NCBI GenBank assembly: GCA_044892525.1
Contig: CM097885.1
Location: 24,306,001-24,370,000, forward strand
Length of the DNA stretch: 64,000 nt
Reading direction: 5' to 3'
DNA from: Schmidtea polychroa
Lineage: Eukaryota
A program made the position numbers and the translations under genes. Within the stretch, counting starts at the first letter, position 1; each line of letters starts with the position of its first letter. The notes beneath the pieces were generated by a model, which saw only the letters and a program-made list of their open reading frames with translations, did no database searches and had not been told where the DNA came from. This document shows, in pieces, positions 1 to 12,582 of the stretch.

Positions 1-940
1 TTAATTCACATGCATATAGAGCGTTTGACTCATTGTATTTCTGCTTTCGATGCAGAAAATCCAACATTTTGCGATTTACTTCCCTTTTGCTACCGAATGT
101 TTTTATTAAAAAATTCTTTATTGATTTCCATGTTTTTAGTTTTGTTGCATCACACTTTGCCTCTAAATATACATCTTGTGCACTTCCTCTTAAATATAAT
201 GGTATTCGCTCTCGTACGACTATGTCTGGCCAGTGACATATTGTAATATATACCTCGAATTCTTTTATAAACGTTTCTAGTTCATTAATATTCCCATCGA
301 ATGGTTCTCCTCGAAATCTTTCTCTAAGTTCTCCAACATTGACATTAACATGGTTTATCTCTGGTGTGTATGTCAACTCTGACCCATTCGGGTTGTTCAC
401 TTGGTTTCCGTCTAACATTATATCTCGACACGAACTTGTCATGCCTGAACTACTATCTTCCTTGTCTGTTGGTTTGATATCAGTTACCGGATATAATTCG
501 TTTCTTTTAATATCGTCGCTGTTTTCACCTTCGTTGGTTAAGCTGTCTGATTCAAATAATGTTTTCACTGGCGCTGGTTTCTTATTGATTCTTCTGTTTC
601 TCTTGGCTCTTTGTCTCTCTGCGTTTCCTAATAAACTAGAGCCTCCTTTACTCTGCAATCTCGTTCGATTGGCTTTTTTATCCATCTTTCTCGCTTTAAT
701 AATCTCTTTTGAATTTCACTGTGTTTCGTTGGCCAACGCTTTAATTTTCCTCTTGGTATTTAATTTGACTTTGTTTACCTTTCTTCTATCCTCGTTTGAT
801 TCTCTTGATTCCTTATTTGTTTTCTTTTGAATTTTTGATTTCTCTTTATTTCTCTTGAATTCTTGGCTTGTATTGACTTCCTTCTGACTTATTGATTGAC
901 TTATTCTAAAATAATTAACACTCCTAGTACATATCATAAT
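1..940 (-). pseudogene. Ty3/Gypsy gag N-terminal/capsid region (interrupted), runs off the window start
   Basis: Minus-strand translation gives a basic low-complexity leader, then ERFRGEPFDGNINELETFIKEFEVYITICHWPDIVVRERIPLYLRGSAQDVY, a retrotransposon Gag capsid pattern (F.G...F...W.D...YL.G.A). It contains stops/frameshifts and resembles the gag near 29000. Confidence 0.75.
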
Positions 941-1556
941 ATTTTATTCATTTTATCCTACCCTTCATTTATTTCCCTATTTTCTTTATTTTATACTACT
1001 CTTTACTCATTATTTCTCTCGCTGTTCCTTTTCTAATTCATGGTACGCTTTTACTTTTTGCTACTCACCCCCCTTTGAATTTAAGTCCATTTTTAATTAT
1101 CTATAACTCGTATCAATTATCTATATCGTCGTATCAATTATCTATCGTATAATCACAACATCAATTATATAATTCAAAAATATATATCATTAGTCATATA
1201 CATATAAAACTCATCAGTAACTTAATTAATATCTCCTCATTCGCTTTTCCCCATTCAAAAATTTGGTTTCATTTTCTCTTGCGCCGGCGCTCTATCATAA
1301 TTTTCCTTTAATCATTACCTCTTTGTCGCACTTAATCTATGTCAATTTAATCGATTTCATCTTAATCGTTTATCTCTTTTATTTCGTTCATAGTTAATCA
1401 TCGACGCTTCGGTTCGCGCGACCTCTACGTCTACATTTATTTACCATCGGCTCCCTGGCTGGTTTAATCACCTCTCTTATTTCATTTAAATCATTTATTT
1501 TCATTCAATTACCATCGGCTCTCTGGCCGGTTTAATCAACTCATTTTAATCTCATG

Positions 1557-2425
1557 AAGTCTTTTACGACTCCTAGACGCCTGGGCTTTAACACCATTAC
1601 GCCATATAATTCACTATCAACCATCAACGCTTCGGTTTATTCGACCTCCGCGTCGGCATCGGCTTCCGGCCGGTTTAATTATACTTTTAATCTCCGAAGT
1701 CTTTTACGACTCCTAGACGCCTGGGTATTTACACCATTACGCCATATAATTCACTATCAACCATCAACGCTTCGGTTTATTCGACCTCCGCGTCGGCATC
1801 GGCTTCCGGCCGGTTTAATTATACTTTTAATCTTTGAAGTCTTTTACGACTCCTAGACGCCTGGGCTTTAACACCATTACGCCATATAATTCACTATCAA
1901 CCATCAACGCTTCGGTTTATTCGACCTCCGCGTCGGCATCGGCTTCCGGCCGGTTTAATTATACTTTTAATCTTTGAAGTCTTTTACGACTCCTAGACGC
2001 CTGGGCTTTAACACCATTACGCCATATAATTCACTATCAACCATCAACGCTTCGGTTTATTCGACCTCCGCGTCGGCATCGGCTTCCGGCCGGTTTAATC
2101 ATATTTTAAACTTTGAAGTCTTTTACGACTCCTAGACGCCTGGGTTCTTACACCGTTACGCCATATAATTCACTATCAACCATCAACGCTTCGGTTTATT
2201 CGACCTCCGCGTCGGCATCGGCTTCCGGCCGGTTTAATTATACTTTTAATCTCCGAAGTCTTTTACGACTCCTAGACGCCTGGGTATTTACACCATTACG
2301 CCATATAATTCACTATCAACCATCAACGCTTCGGTTTATTAGACCTCCGCGTCGGCATCGGCTTCCGGCCGGTTTAATTATACTTTTAATCTTTGAAGTC
2401 TTTTACGACTCCTAGACGCCTGGGC
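1557..2425. repeat. Tandem array of ~140-bp units (6 full + partial) in the Gypsy 5' leader
   Basis: AAGTCTTTTACGACTCCTAGACGCCTGGG recurs at about 1557, 1697, 1837, 1977, 2117, 2256 and 2396. Degenerate units lie at 1400-1550. Confidence 0.97.
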
Positions 2426-2695
2426 TTTTACACCTTTACGCCGTATTCGCGGTCTTCGGTCCCTGATCGGTTTCAAATGCCCTAAATGAGGTTTCTTCAA
2501 CCCCCAGACGCCTTCAGTTTTTACACCTACTATCGTCCCTACCGCGATTAAATTGAGTTGACAGTTGACTTTCGGACCAATTAAAAATTTAAGGTTCCTC
2601 CTACTCAAATTATTAATCTGCTGAGGCCTCACAACTAGCTCAATTCTTGGCCGCCTATTGAAAAGAGTTTAATACCGGTAACCCTAATCTCATCG

Positions 2696-3131
2696 CCGTT
2701 TCACTGGGCCTATCGGTACTCGGTGTGGGCATCCGGGTTTTGTACCGACCCCTGCTAGCAATAATCACGAAGAAAAAAAACATCCTATCTATCAGGATTT
2801 AAAAAACACGGAAATGCCTAATCGCCTCGATCTTGATTCTCAAAAGTGATGAACCAGATCTCCCGACTAGTGAAGATAAAAGGAAATTGGATATGCAGTT
2901 GACTCTCGGTCTCCCGCCTCACAACTGGTCCAATCTTGGTTGCCTGTTGAGTACGAGTCCTTTACCGGTTGACCCGCATCTCACAACCGTTTCACTGGGC
3001 TCCTTAATACTCGGTGTAGGTAACTGGGTCTCTCTCGCTCGCTACCCTTCCGGGTTTTTGTATCAAGTCCCGCTAGCCAATCAAAAAAAAATGCACCCAA
3101 TACTCGGTGTGGGTATCCGGGTTTTTGTATT
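2696..3131. repeat. Imperfect direct repeats in the retroelement leader
   Basis: CCGTTTCACTGGGC...TACTCGGTGT(G/A)GG...TCCGGGTTTT(T)GTA...GCTAGC..A-tract at ~2696 and ~2987, with a partial copy at ~3101. Confidence 0.8.
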
Positions 3132-3675
3132 GGGTGATCCAGCATCATCAGTCCCTTGGCTGATAATCTCCTGGACACTACAGTCCGGTGGTTAGCCGCT
3201 GTACTCGGGTGCCTCATCACTCGCTAGGGAAAAATTCATATCATCCAATTTGAAGTCCAAAAACGGTTTCTTCAAATCCGCAGCTGCTCTCGGATAATTA
3301 AAATTTTTATCTTTTGGTGCACCTTTTCAATTTTTATTTTTTATCTTTTTCTTTTTATTTACCTTCTAGTTTGTCCTTGTCTCCCAAATTCAAAAAATAT
3401 AATAATCGCGTTGGTTCATTTCCCACAAGTGGTGATCAGTCACTCGACAGAAACTCCCCAACATTTGCGATGGGCCCTACTATACTCTTCTCATCAAGGT
3501 GATCAGGATTTCCCCATCCGGGTAAGCATCGTAGGGACGATATGCTTCTCATCCCCTTATGGTCCTGTCTCTCTATGCCAAAAATAAAAAAAAACAGGAA
3601 AAAAAAATGGTAATCGTACTGATCTTATAGATCAGCTCACACTTGATGCGATCCCAGCCAGTCCTGTATTTAATT

Positions 3676-3689
3676 CACGGCTTTCGCCA
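3676..3689 (-). promoter_or_regulatory. Candidate primer-binding site of the Gypsy element
   Basis: Minus strand reads ...AAATAAA...AAATTAAAT-TGGCGAAAGCCGTG, a TGG-initiated motif just after a polyA-signal-containing segment and upstream of gag. The priming tRNA was not identified. Confidence 0.5.
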
Positions 3690-5622
3690 ATTTAATTTGT
3701 GTGTTGCTTGTCTATTTATTTAACGGCTTTTGTGTATTTCATATGTCTATGTTCAACGTATGTTTTATACCTTTCGGTTGCTATTATGGAATTAGTTTTA
3801 CTAACATTCTACTAACTCACACTCGGCTGCAATTCATTTCATCATCTTCAATTTTTCTACATCTCCCTCAGGGAGGTACACTACTACTCTTTCTCTCATG
3901 TTTGCGTCACATACATTACAATCGCTTCAGTTTCAATGCACAATCTTGGCAATAACATAGATGTCCGCAAGGTACCATCATTATTTTTATCTCATTGCTT
4001 CTACACACACAACATTTGAATTCATTATCGATCGCCTCTCTTATCGCATCTTCAACCGTTTAAATTTTTATCTTTAATTCTTGCCATTTGATGTTAAATT
4101 TGGCCTTATCTAAACGTAAATTCTGAATCTGATATACTCTTTGAGTAGTTAATTCCACATTTGGTGTAGCAATTCTCATCATTATACACAATTCATCATC
4201 TACTGGTCTTGGTTTTAAGATCAGCCCTTCTTGAGTGTTTGCCAACTGCTCTGCTTTTCAATTCAATCTTTGTAGTGAGTTGTTAGTTAAATTTACGAAT
4301 TTTCAAGTTTCTTTATAATGTAGCCGGTTAATTCCATCAAGTTATACTTTATTAATTCAGCATTTTATTAAGTGTTCTTATTCCCCTTTAATTAGCTTAC
4401 CTCTACACATTTATTTCCTTATTCAAATTATGTAAGTTCAATAGCTGTTTTACCCTGTTAGTTTAGGCTCCCAATCCATTAAATGATGTTCCGCGCATTC
4501 TTATCCGTTCCATCTAGTTTATTATCTTAGTCTACATAACCCTTTTGATCCCAGCTTGTCCATAATTTTAGTCATTTTATCAAATACTCAATATACCCCT
4601 TTAATCTTTAACGTAGTTTTACATCTTCCCCCTATTTTTAATTAATTGCATCATCTATCTATTTCTATTTCGCAATTCACTGTTTTATGCTTTATCCCCT
4701 TTTTCTTTATACCGTTATTTTCTATTCCCCCCCTTTTCCCTATTTTTGAATTTTTTATTATTTTCTTATATCCAAAGTATTAGTTGTTTATATTTACAAT
4801 TTTTATTATTTTTGATTTTTATTTCATTTCTTACCCATCAACATTCTGTCCCATCAACACGGAACGCTCATACATTATTCTCATACCCAGTTTTATCGAT
4901 TTTCTATATTTACATAATTTAAAACATTTTATTCATCATGTACAACATTCAACATTCATTTTGATCATACACGCATATTCACACATCATGTCTAGTTATT
5001 TGAGAAAACAATCTTTCTTACTCTTGCATAAAGCATTTCATTTCCTGATCAAAAAACTGCTATGCATTCCCGTCTACTTACAGGTTCTTTACCAAGAAAG
5101 TTTAAATATCCCGGCTGAGCCCCCAAATTTGTATGGTGGGTTACTGATGATCAAATATTTTGCTCTTTAGTGCTGTTACCAGCGTAACCCAAGATACAAC
5201 ATTGTTTACCGCTTGATACCCGTTGAACGATCAACGTTGGTACTGTAGCAAGACGGTGAGTACTCGCAAAAAGTGAGCGCACTACTTGCACTGTAATTGT
5301 CGAGCACTCTAATGGGTTCACGGACTATCGTTAGAAGATGTATGTCCGATTTACGCAGGTCCCTTATTATAATCACTTCCTCAACTATGCCTATACAAAC
5401 TTTCTATCCTCAAACGATCATAAGTCATCAGGAATCATACATTACTCTATTAAAGCCTGTTCATACAACACCACATCTAAAATGTTTGAATATAAATTAA
5501 GTGAAACATAACCATAGTTTATTAAACAAACCTCAAGAAATTTTTGAGACTAATGAATTTAATTAGAAAATAAAAAAAAACTTAATAAACTGAAACAATA
5601 GAAATGATAAAGATAACATGCA
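3690..5622 (-). mobile_element. Candidate long (~1.9 kb) LTR of the Gypsy element
   Basis: Bounded on one side by the PBS-like motif. On the other side is a GGGGAA-TG junction resembling the GGGAA-TG junction at ~26525 that follows the second gag element. Boundaries are tentative and the partner LTR is not in the window. Confidence 0.45.
5160..5365 (-). ncRNA. Candidate conserved structured RNA module, copy A
   Basis: Homologous to 55453-55650 in blocks: GACCT, CTTCTA, AGTCCG.GAACCC, GCTCACTTTTTGC, GTACTC, TACCAA, TCAACGGGTAT.AAGCGG and TGGGTTACGCTGG. Stems covary between copies. Confidence 0.6.
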
Positions 5623-7659
5623 TTCCCCACGATAACCTGATCAAAAGAAAATTTCAATTTAGTTAAGTTAACTTACAACCTATTTTAACATAATCCAAAT
5701 ATCACTTGTAAATTATGGGTAATATTAATATATGAAGTTTAGATTCATTACAATCATAAAAGTTCTTATGAAGAGTAAATAATTCTAATCTACTTAAATT
5801 TTCAATTTATAATATTCCTCAAACGACCAAACTAACTCCGTAATATACTTGAATTCATTATGTTAAAATACTAGAACAAGTTGGTAACTAATAAATTAAA
5901 TAAAGTAATGGAATTTTGATTTCATTATTACTTTTTGTTTTGTTAAAGTTATTTAACATTATTTAAATTTTCGTTGTTTTATTATAGTAATTATAATTAA
6001 TGTTAAATAACAAATTTTGAATAAATATATGATTTTAGTTAACTTTGATATAATAATGTAAATAAATTAAAATTTTAAGCATTTATATCCTAAAATTTCA
6101 TAATATTTCAGGAATATCAGCATTTGGCCGAATCTCCGAACAATTACTATTGATCAATAATGTATTATGACATCTCGAATGAGCAAAGATCATTTGACAA
6201 CACCAATGAGAAAATTGTAATTAACTTCCTTAATTTAATTAATTAACTTCATTAATTTCCTTAGCAATCGAGTTGATAATAATTCAGTGAGGTACGAAGG
6301 TTTGATTGCCCCAAGGTCAGTTCCACCAACTAATCTTCCTGGCGGAATTATCTGACAATGACTACTCAAAAAGAGATGCAAGGAATATAGTTGGCCATCC
6401 AACAATATTACGTCAAATCAATATGTAAGTCATTGAACCAAAAGGAACGAAGCAGAAAATAAGGAATTATCCAGAAGTCTTCCAACTCCAGGAAATGTAT
6501 TTCATTGGGATGGTCCATCAACCGTGCTCGAAGGACCTTGGTATAACTATGATTCAAAGAAACAATTATATGAATAAAGTTGATGATCGAAATCAATAAA
6601 CTTAGTCTTTGTTTTTCTTTTTTTTTTGATCTAGTTAAAAATAAATTTAGTCTCTTTTGATTTAGTTAAAAATAAATCCAATAATTCTAATAAATCAATA
6701 AATGATTCTACTAAATTACTTCAGTAAACTACTCTAACCTCGCTCCATCACCTTAAGGGGGTTGTGACCATCACATAACAGGGGTCTTGAGGGGGAAGGT
6801 TATCGTATTTTTATAAGGTTGCTTTATAAATCTGTATGTACATACACACACACACATATATATACACACACATATATATATACATATACATATACACACA
6901 TACCTATATATGGATATAATTTAAATTAATAATATTGATGTCGTTTTCCGGGGGGGGGGTGTTACTAAAAATAGATTTTAGTGATTTTCCGTAATTTTAT
7001 TGGAAGATAGGGCCATTGAAACTAAATTTAGAGATAGGGGAATCCGAAAATCGATAATTTTGTTTAAAATTTTATTTTTATGAAATAATAATTACTTTAA
7101 TAATATAATCAGTTTAGTGGGGTTACTGGGGAAAATAAAATCAATGATATCAATAAAATGTAATAGTAGTACTAATGATAGTAGCAGTAATGTTAAAATA
7201 ACAATAATGATAAACGGCGAATGTACCTTGATATCTTTATGAAATTACCACGGGTATATAGCTTGGGGGTCATTTAGGAATTTTAAGAGTTATCATTTTA
7301 AAATCAAATATAAGATGAATATATACATATATATATAAGAGTAGTCTATCTTAGTGTAAATTTAGATAAATATATAATTTGAGGGGGGTCATTTAGGAAA
7401 TTTTACCACTTATATTTTTTATTATAATGTAAGTTAAATATATATTAAAATAAGCCAATTTAGTATGTATAAGTTTGAGGGGGGTACTCGTGAAAAAGGT
7501 AAGTTATACTTTTATAAGTTTCAAATATACATATATAAGTTAGATTATGAATCTGGACATTTGTTTCGACCATTACGTAACTTGGGGGGGGGGTATTTAT
7601 AAAATATTTACAACTTATTATAGATTATATTTTTATCGCTAACGTAGTTTATATTTTAT

Positions 7660-8430
7660 ACTTTTATGACCAAATTAAGATTATAATTTATAGTCTTTCA
7701 GCTAATATAAGTTTATAATTTATATTTTTATGAAGTTAAATTTATAGTTTATATTTCTAAAGCTAATATAATTTTATAATTTATACTTTTAAGTTTATAA
7801 TTTATATTTTAGGAAGTTAAGTTAAATTTATAGTTTATATTTTAAAGCTAATATAATTTTATAATTTATACTTTTAAGTTTATAATTTATATTTTATGAA
7901 GTTAAGTTAAATTTATAGTTTATATTTTAAAGCTAATATAATTTTATAATTTATATTTTTATGAAGTTAAATTTATAGTTTATATTTTAGAGCCCATATA
8001 ATTTTATAATTTATACTTTTAAGTTTATAATTTATATTTTATGAAGTTAAGTTAAATTTATAGTTTATATTTTAAAGCTAATATAATTTTATAATTTATA
8101 CTTTTAAGTTTATAATTTATATTTTATGAAGTTAAGTTAAATTTATAGTTTATATTTTAAAGCTAATATAATTTTATAATTTATATTTTTATGAAGTTAA
8201 ATTTATAGTTTATATTTTAGAGCCCATATAATTTTATAATTTATACTTTTAAGTCTATAATTTATATTTGGTGAAGTTCAATTTATAGTTTATATTTCCA
8301 AAGCTAATATAATTTTATAATTTATATTTTTATGAAGTTAAGATTATAATTTATAATTTTTATCGTCAATACAAATTTGTAATTTATAATTTCAAGAAAT
8401 TAAATTTATAATTTATACCTTTATAACTAA
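7660..8430. repeat. AT-rich satellite-like tandem array with higher-order structure
   Basis: Repeated TTTATA(A/G)TTTATA subunits. The variant AGCCCATATA recurs at 7991 and 8221, giving a 230-bp higher-order period. Confidence 0.9.
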
Positions 8431-9439
8431 TCGTAATTTACATTTTGAAGAAATTAAATCTATAAGTATAATTCACATTTTTATGAAATTGAGAGGATAA
8501 TTTATACTGTTATGGGTTTACGATTTGAATTTTTATAGTTAGTTTAGAGTCTATTCAATTTAAAATCCAAGTCTTGCTGATGCGCATGTCGAACACCTTT
8601 ATGAATACTATCACTACTAAATCAATCATTTTTAAAAAATCTTTACTTTACACTATTACTAGAAAATTTATTTAAGACATTTATAAATCTAGATTCGACA
8701 AACGTATAGGTAGAGTTGGTTCTTGATGATATTTAACCGTCTACATTAATTGTGAATTGTAGAGTTGTGATTAATTTAGGTCTGAGATCTACTCTGTTTA
8801 TCAACCTTAGTGTATTGTATTGTGATGATTTTGGATGTAGAGTTTAACTATGTAAATTATTCATGCATTGAAAGTCGGGAAGAGTGTTTGCTTTCGCGGC
8901 CCCACTGTGACCACTACGACAAACCTTACTGTTGTGTGGTAAGTCAACCCTTTACGGCTGACCTATAATAAATAGGTAGAGTCAGACGGAGGATTTCATC
9001 GACTTAACTCCATGGCAGAACCATGAAGTGGTGCGACCTCCGAATGACCTGAACAAAAAAAAAACAAATAATATTGATAAGTGCGTGCCAGGCAGTGGCC
9101 TGCAATCATTGTGGGCTGTTTAATCATCGATGATAAAGTGCATAGGTGCAGGGTTGGCTGGGATCTCGCTTCAAAATCAATGATAACCGACGATCTCACT
9201 CAAACCTACATTTCTATAGTTAAAAAGAAATAATGAAAACAAGCTTTCAATAATAATAATTTATAATTCACAATGAAATCGTCCTTACCTACAATCTCAG
9301 AGAAATCAAAACCAAAAATTTTGCATAAGAGTAAAAATATTCATTTGCATTTTTTTTTCCTAGCTTTTAAAGTGACGAAATGTGTTAGTTTATATAGCCT
9401 CTGTTTGACGTGTAAGTATACATGCGTGCATTGATGCAG

Positions 9440-9900
9440 TAAAACAAATTCAGATTATTTTAATTCTCGAACATTCGATTTTTAATTTTTATCGATTTTG
9501 ATGGCGATTTTTCAGTAAGAATTTTTGTTTTTATTTTTGAAATTTTATTTTCGAATTATTTTTTATTAAATTTGCCTCCATGATAGATTTCAGCATTTCC
9601 AGAACAGTCCATGCTAAATTTAATCTATTTCTTATTTTTAAATTGTTTTTTATGATTTCTTTTCTAAAATATTTATTTTTTAAACTAAAATATTTATTTT
9701 TTATAAATTTTATTGGGTCGTTTGGCCGTCATGATGGATTTCGCCATTTTTATGAATTGTTCTGGATTTTTATTCAAAATATCGATATAATTTTCTTTAC
9801 GTAAGATTTTATGAAGATTTTCTTTAATTTTCTTTTTTAATTTTTACTAATCGCCTTTATTCGAATTTGTTTTTTGTTGTTTTATGTCTTTCGGTTATAT
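9440..9900. repeat. Diverged dispersed repeat, homologous to ~12140-12500
   Basis: Shared blocks TTTTAATTCT..., TTTTTATC(G/A)ATTTTGATGGCGATTTTT and TTGGC..CATG occur in the same order and orientation in both places. Confidence 0.6.
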
Positions 9901-10577
9901 TTGAGTAAGTTTTCGTGTAATACTTCTTGCTCGTGTTTTATTTTATTTTTAATTCAGATGTTTTATTTTTGGGTATATTATCTCTCTATTATCATTGTTT
10001 ACTTGGTGTTTTATATATTTTTATTTAAGTAAACTTAATGCTGGGTATGCGTGTTGTGTACTGACACATTTCGTCCCATTCCCAACTTTGGGTCTAGAAA
10101 TCAGTTCTAGCCCAACAATAGTGACTGTAGTGAGACGTTAGACGGTCTCATCGTATTATATATAAACCTTATATGCAGAAATAGAACGTTGTTTTTCATT
10201 CACCGAAATTGGAAATTGTTCAGAATTATATTTTCGAAACCCACCAGATTAATATGTGACAGGGATATTTTCCAATACCCTACTGCGGATAATCTTTGCT
10301 ATGCATATTCGCAGCTGTGACTTTGAAAATGTGTCCAAAAAATCGGTAAACAAGCATTCGTCAATTCTTTCGTCGATTGTCACTTACTTGACTGCGTTGA
10401 ATCAAATGAACCTGGATAAAAATGTTTCCTTTTTTCTATCTCGTTGCCAGTCTCAGAGAGATAACCTCTCTCAATGTAACATCGATATTGTCAAAGACTT
10501 ATTCAATGCGAAATTAAATATTTATAGTTTTATAAGAACTTTTTTTCCAATTTCACCACTGATTATTTTTTCTATTG

Positions 10578-10781
10578 AATTTAATAAAAAGCGAGCTTGA
10601 AGACTATAAATCAGTATTATATCGATGTTTTTTGATACTCACGAATTTTCGGCACTGCCTTTTTCAAGTGAATTTTCTCAAGTGAAATTCACTTGAAAAA
10701 GGCAGTGCCGAAAATTCATGAGTATTAAAAAAATCGATATATTACTGATTTATAGTCTTCAAGCTCTCTTTTTAATAAATT
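10578..10781. mobile_element. Foldback/MITE-like ~200-bp palindrome
   Basis: Near-perfect inverted arms (GAGCTTGAAGACTATAAATCAGTA...TTCGGCACTGCCTTTTTCAAGTGAATTT / AAATTCACTTGAAAAAGGCAGTGCCGAA...TACTGATTTATAGTCTTCAAGCTC). A degenerate half-copy lies at ~36290-36360. Confidence 0.85.
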
Positions 10782-11019
10782 ATAGTTTTATTTCAACGAA
10801 TTAGTTTTGGACTAAGTGAATTTTGTTGAATCATTTTATACTCATGGAATCATAAGTTATGTTTATGTATAAAGTAATTTGTCTTACAAAAGAATTTCAC
10901 AATTTTTTCTTTACTTTTGTTATGAACAATTCTGATAAGGTTCATATGGTTCTGGTCAAAGTTAAATCGATTTAATAGTGGTAGATAATCGATAGATAAT
11001 TAATGCTGGAACTGTACAT

Positions 11020-11165
11020 AGTCAAGGAACCTGTGAGCTTCATTTCTAAAACTACTCTTCCTCATACTTCTTAAACGGATTCTAGACTGCCGATAGAATG
11101 GCTTACGTCGATGAAAATGCTTCTAAGAATACTATATTTTAACAACTCGGAAAACGAGGTCATTG
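11020..11165 (-). ncRNA. Candidate structured RNA module, copy B (degenerate)
   Basis: Plus strand ATGCTGGAACTGTAC...GTGAG...AACGGATTCTAGACTGCCGATAGAATGGCTTACGTC...CGAGGTC matches copy C block by block. Confidence 0.5.
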
Positions 11166-12582
11166 ATCATGGAAAACTGACACCTGGTTCGCATTTATAG
11201 ATAAATATACCATTTATTATAAACTCAGTTATAATTTCAATAATCAACTAAATCAATACAAGGAAAGAAAAATTTATTTTCAAATTTTAATCAAATTTTT
11301 CAGAATTACGTCATGTATAGTTTTTCTCTCTGTCTCGGCTAATAGTTCATCGAGGTCAAAGATGTCGGCCTTGCTCATACTAAGGAAGAAAGACATCCCC
11401 GATGCGTCCAAGTTTGACTCGGATGAATTGATTTTGTCGCATAGATAACTTAATGTTTAAAATCGAGTATATATTAAAGACTCACTGACTAGCTTACATG
11501 CATGTCTCAGAATACTGTTGAAAAGTACTAATCTGTCCTAATTATGGATTTGATCTATTGGTATGTCATACATCTGATCGAGAGTTTGTGTGCTATTCAT
11601 TTGCTCTCAATTCCTTGCATATGTGCAGCAGTAACGCGTGTGTGGGAGCAAACGTGTGGATTCATTGTTTTCCGTCCATGTAGACTTATGTTTTCTGGCT
11701 CACCAAAATTGGAACACATATACACGTACATGTATGTAAAAACTCATTTCGAAATTAGGTGTACACCAAACACCACTGAGAACCGTTTCCTATAATATAA
11801 CAAAAAAATCAATAATCCTACATTATAGAAACAGACATGCTTATAAAGTACATGTTATAAAGTACAATAGTCATGAAGGCGTTTAGAAAAAAGTCGATTC
11901 AAAATCCATAAGTAACCCTAGAACATTAAAATTTAAAAAACAAAAATCAAAATTGATGATTCCATCATAAATTTGAATCATGATATACAATCAAAGATTC
12001 CTTACTTTTAAACAAAACTTCAGTTTTCACAATAGAAAATTGAAAAATTTTGTCTGCCCAAAATTTTAGCATTAAATTATGACTGAAATGATTCACTATT
12101 TATAGTTTCATTTTTGTGTGCGAGTATGTGTGTGAAATAAATTTGAATAATTTTAATTCTGATTAATTTTGAATTGGAATTTTTATCAATTTTGATGGCG
12201 ATTTTTTATAATGTATGATTTATTTTATTTGATAATTTTGATATTTTATTTAATTTTAACTTATTTCGCCACAATGGTCATTTTCTAGAATATTTTATGC
12301 AATTTTTAATAGTTTTATAATATTTTTTTTATTTCTTTTAATTTTTAAATTAATTTCTTACTATTTTTAATGATTTAACTTTCTAAATTTTATTTTTGGG
12401 TTTAGTTGTTGTTGTTGGCGCCATGTAGGAATATTCTAGCGTTTTTCATAATTTCAACTATAGTTTTAATTTTATATTCGTTTTTAACTTCGTCATTTGA
12501 CTTGCATGCACCAGTGTGTAACATGAATCAAACATATTAACTGTGTTTAATCACTATGTGTGTGCAAAACTCTGAGTGTTTA

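Noticed and set aside
339..830. Hydrophobic 163-aa membrane-protein-like ORF
   Set aside because: Antisense shadow of the A-rich gag strand. The same applies to the plus-strand ORFs at 26962-28679.
1554..2415. Two near-identical 100-aa ORFs
   Set aside because: By-products of the 140-bp tandem array; the unit length is not a multiple of 3 and the ORFs are antisense to gag.
5311..5350. Group I intron core (GTTCACGGACTA ~ R element, AAGATGTATGTCC ~ S element) on the plus strand
   Set aside because: There is no room for P3'/P8 between R and S, the S-like motif is not conserved in the other copies, and wobble pairs mostly favour the opposite strand.
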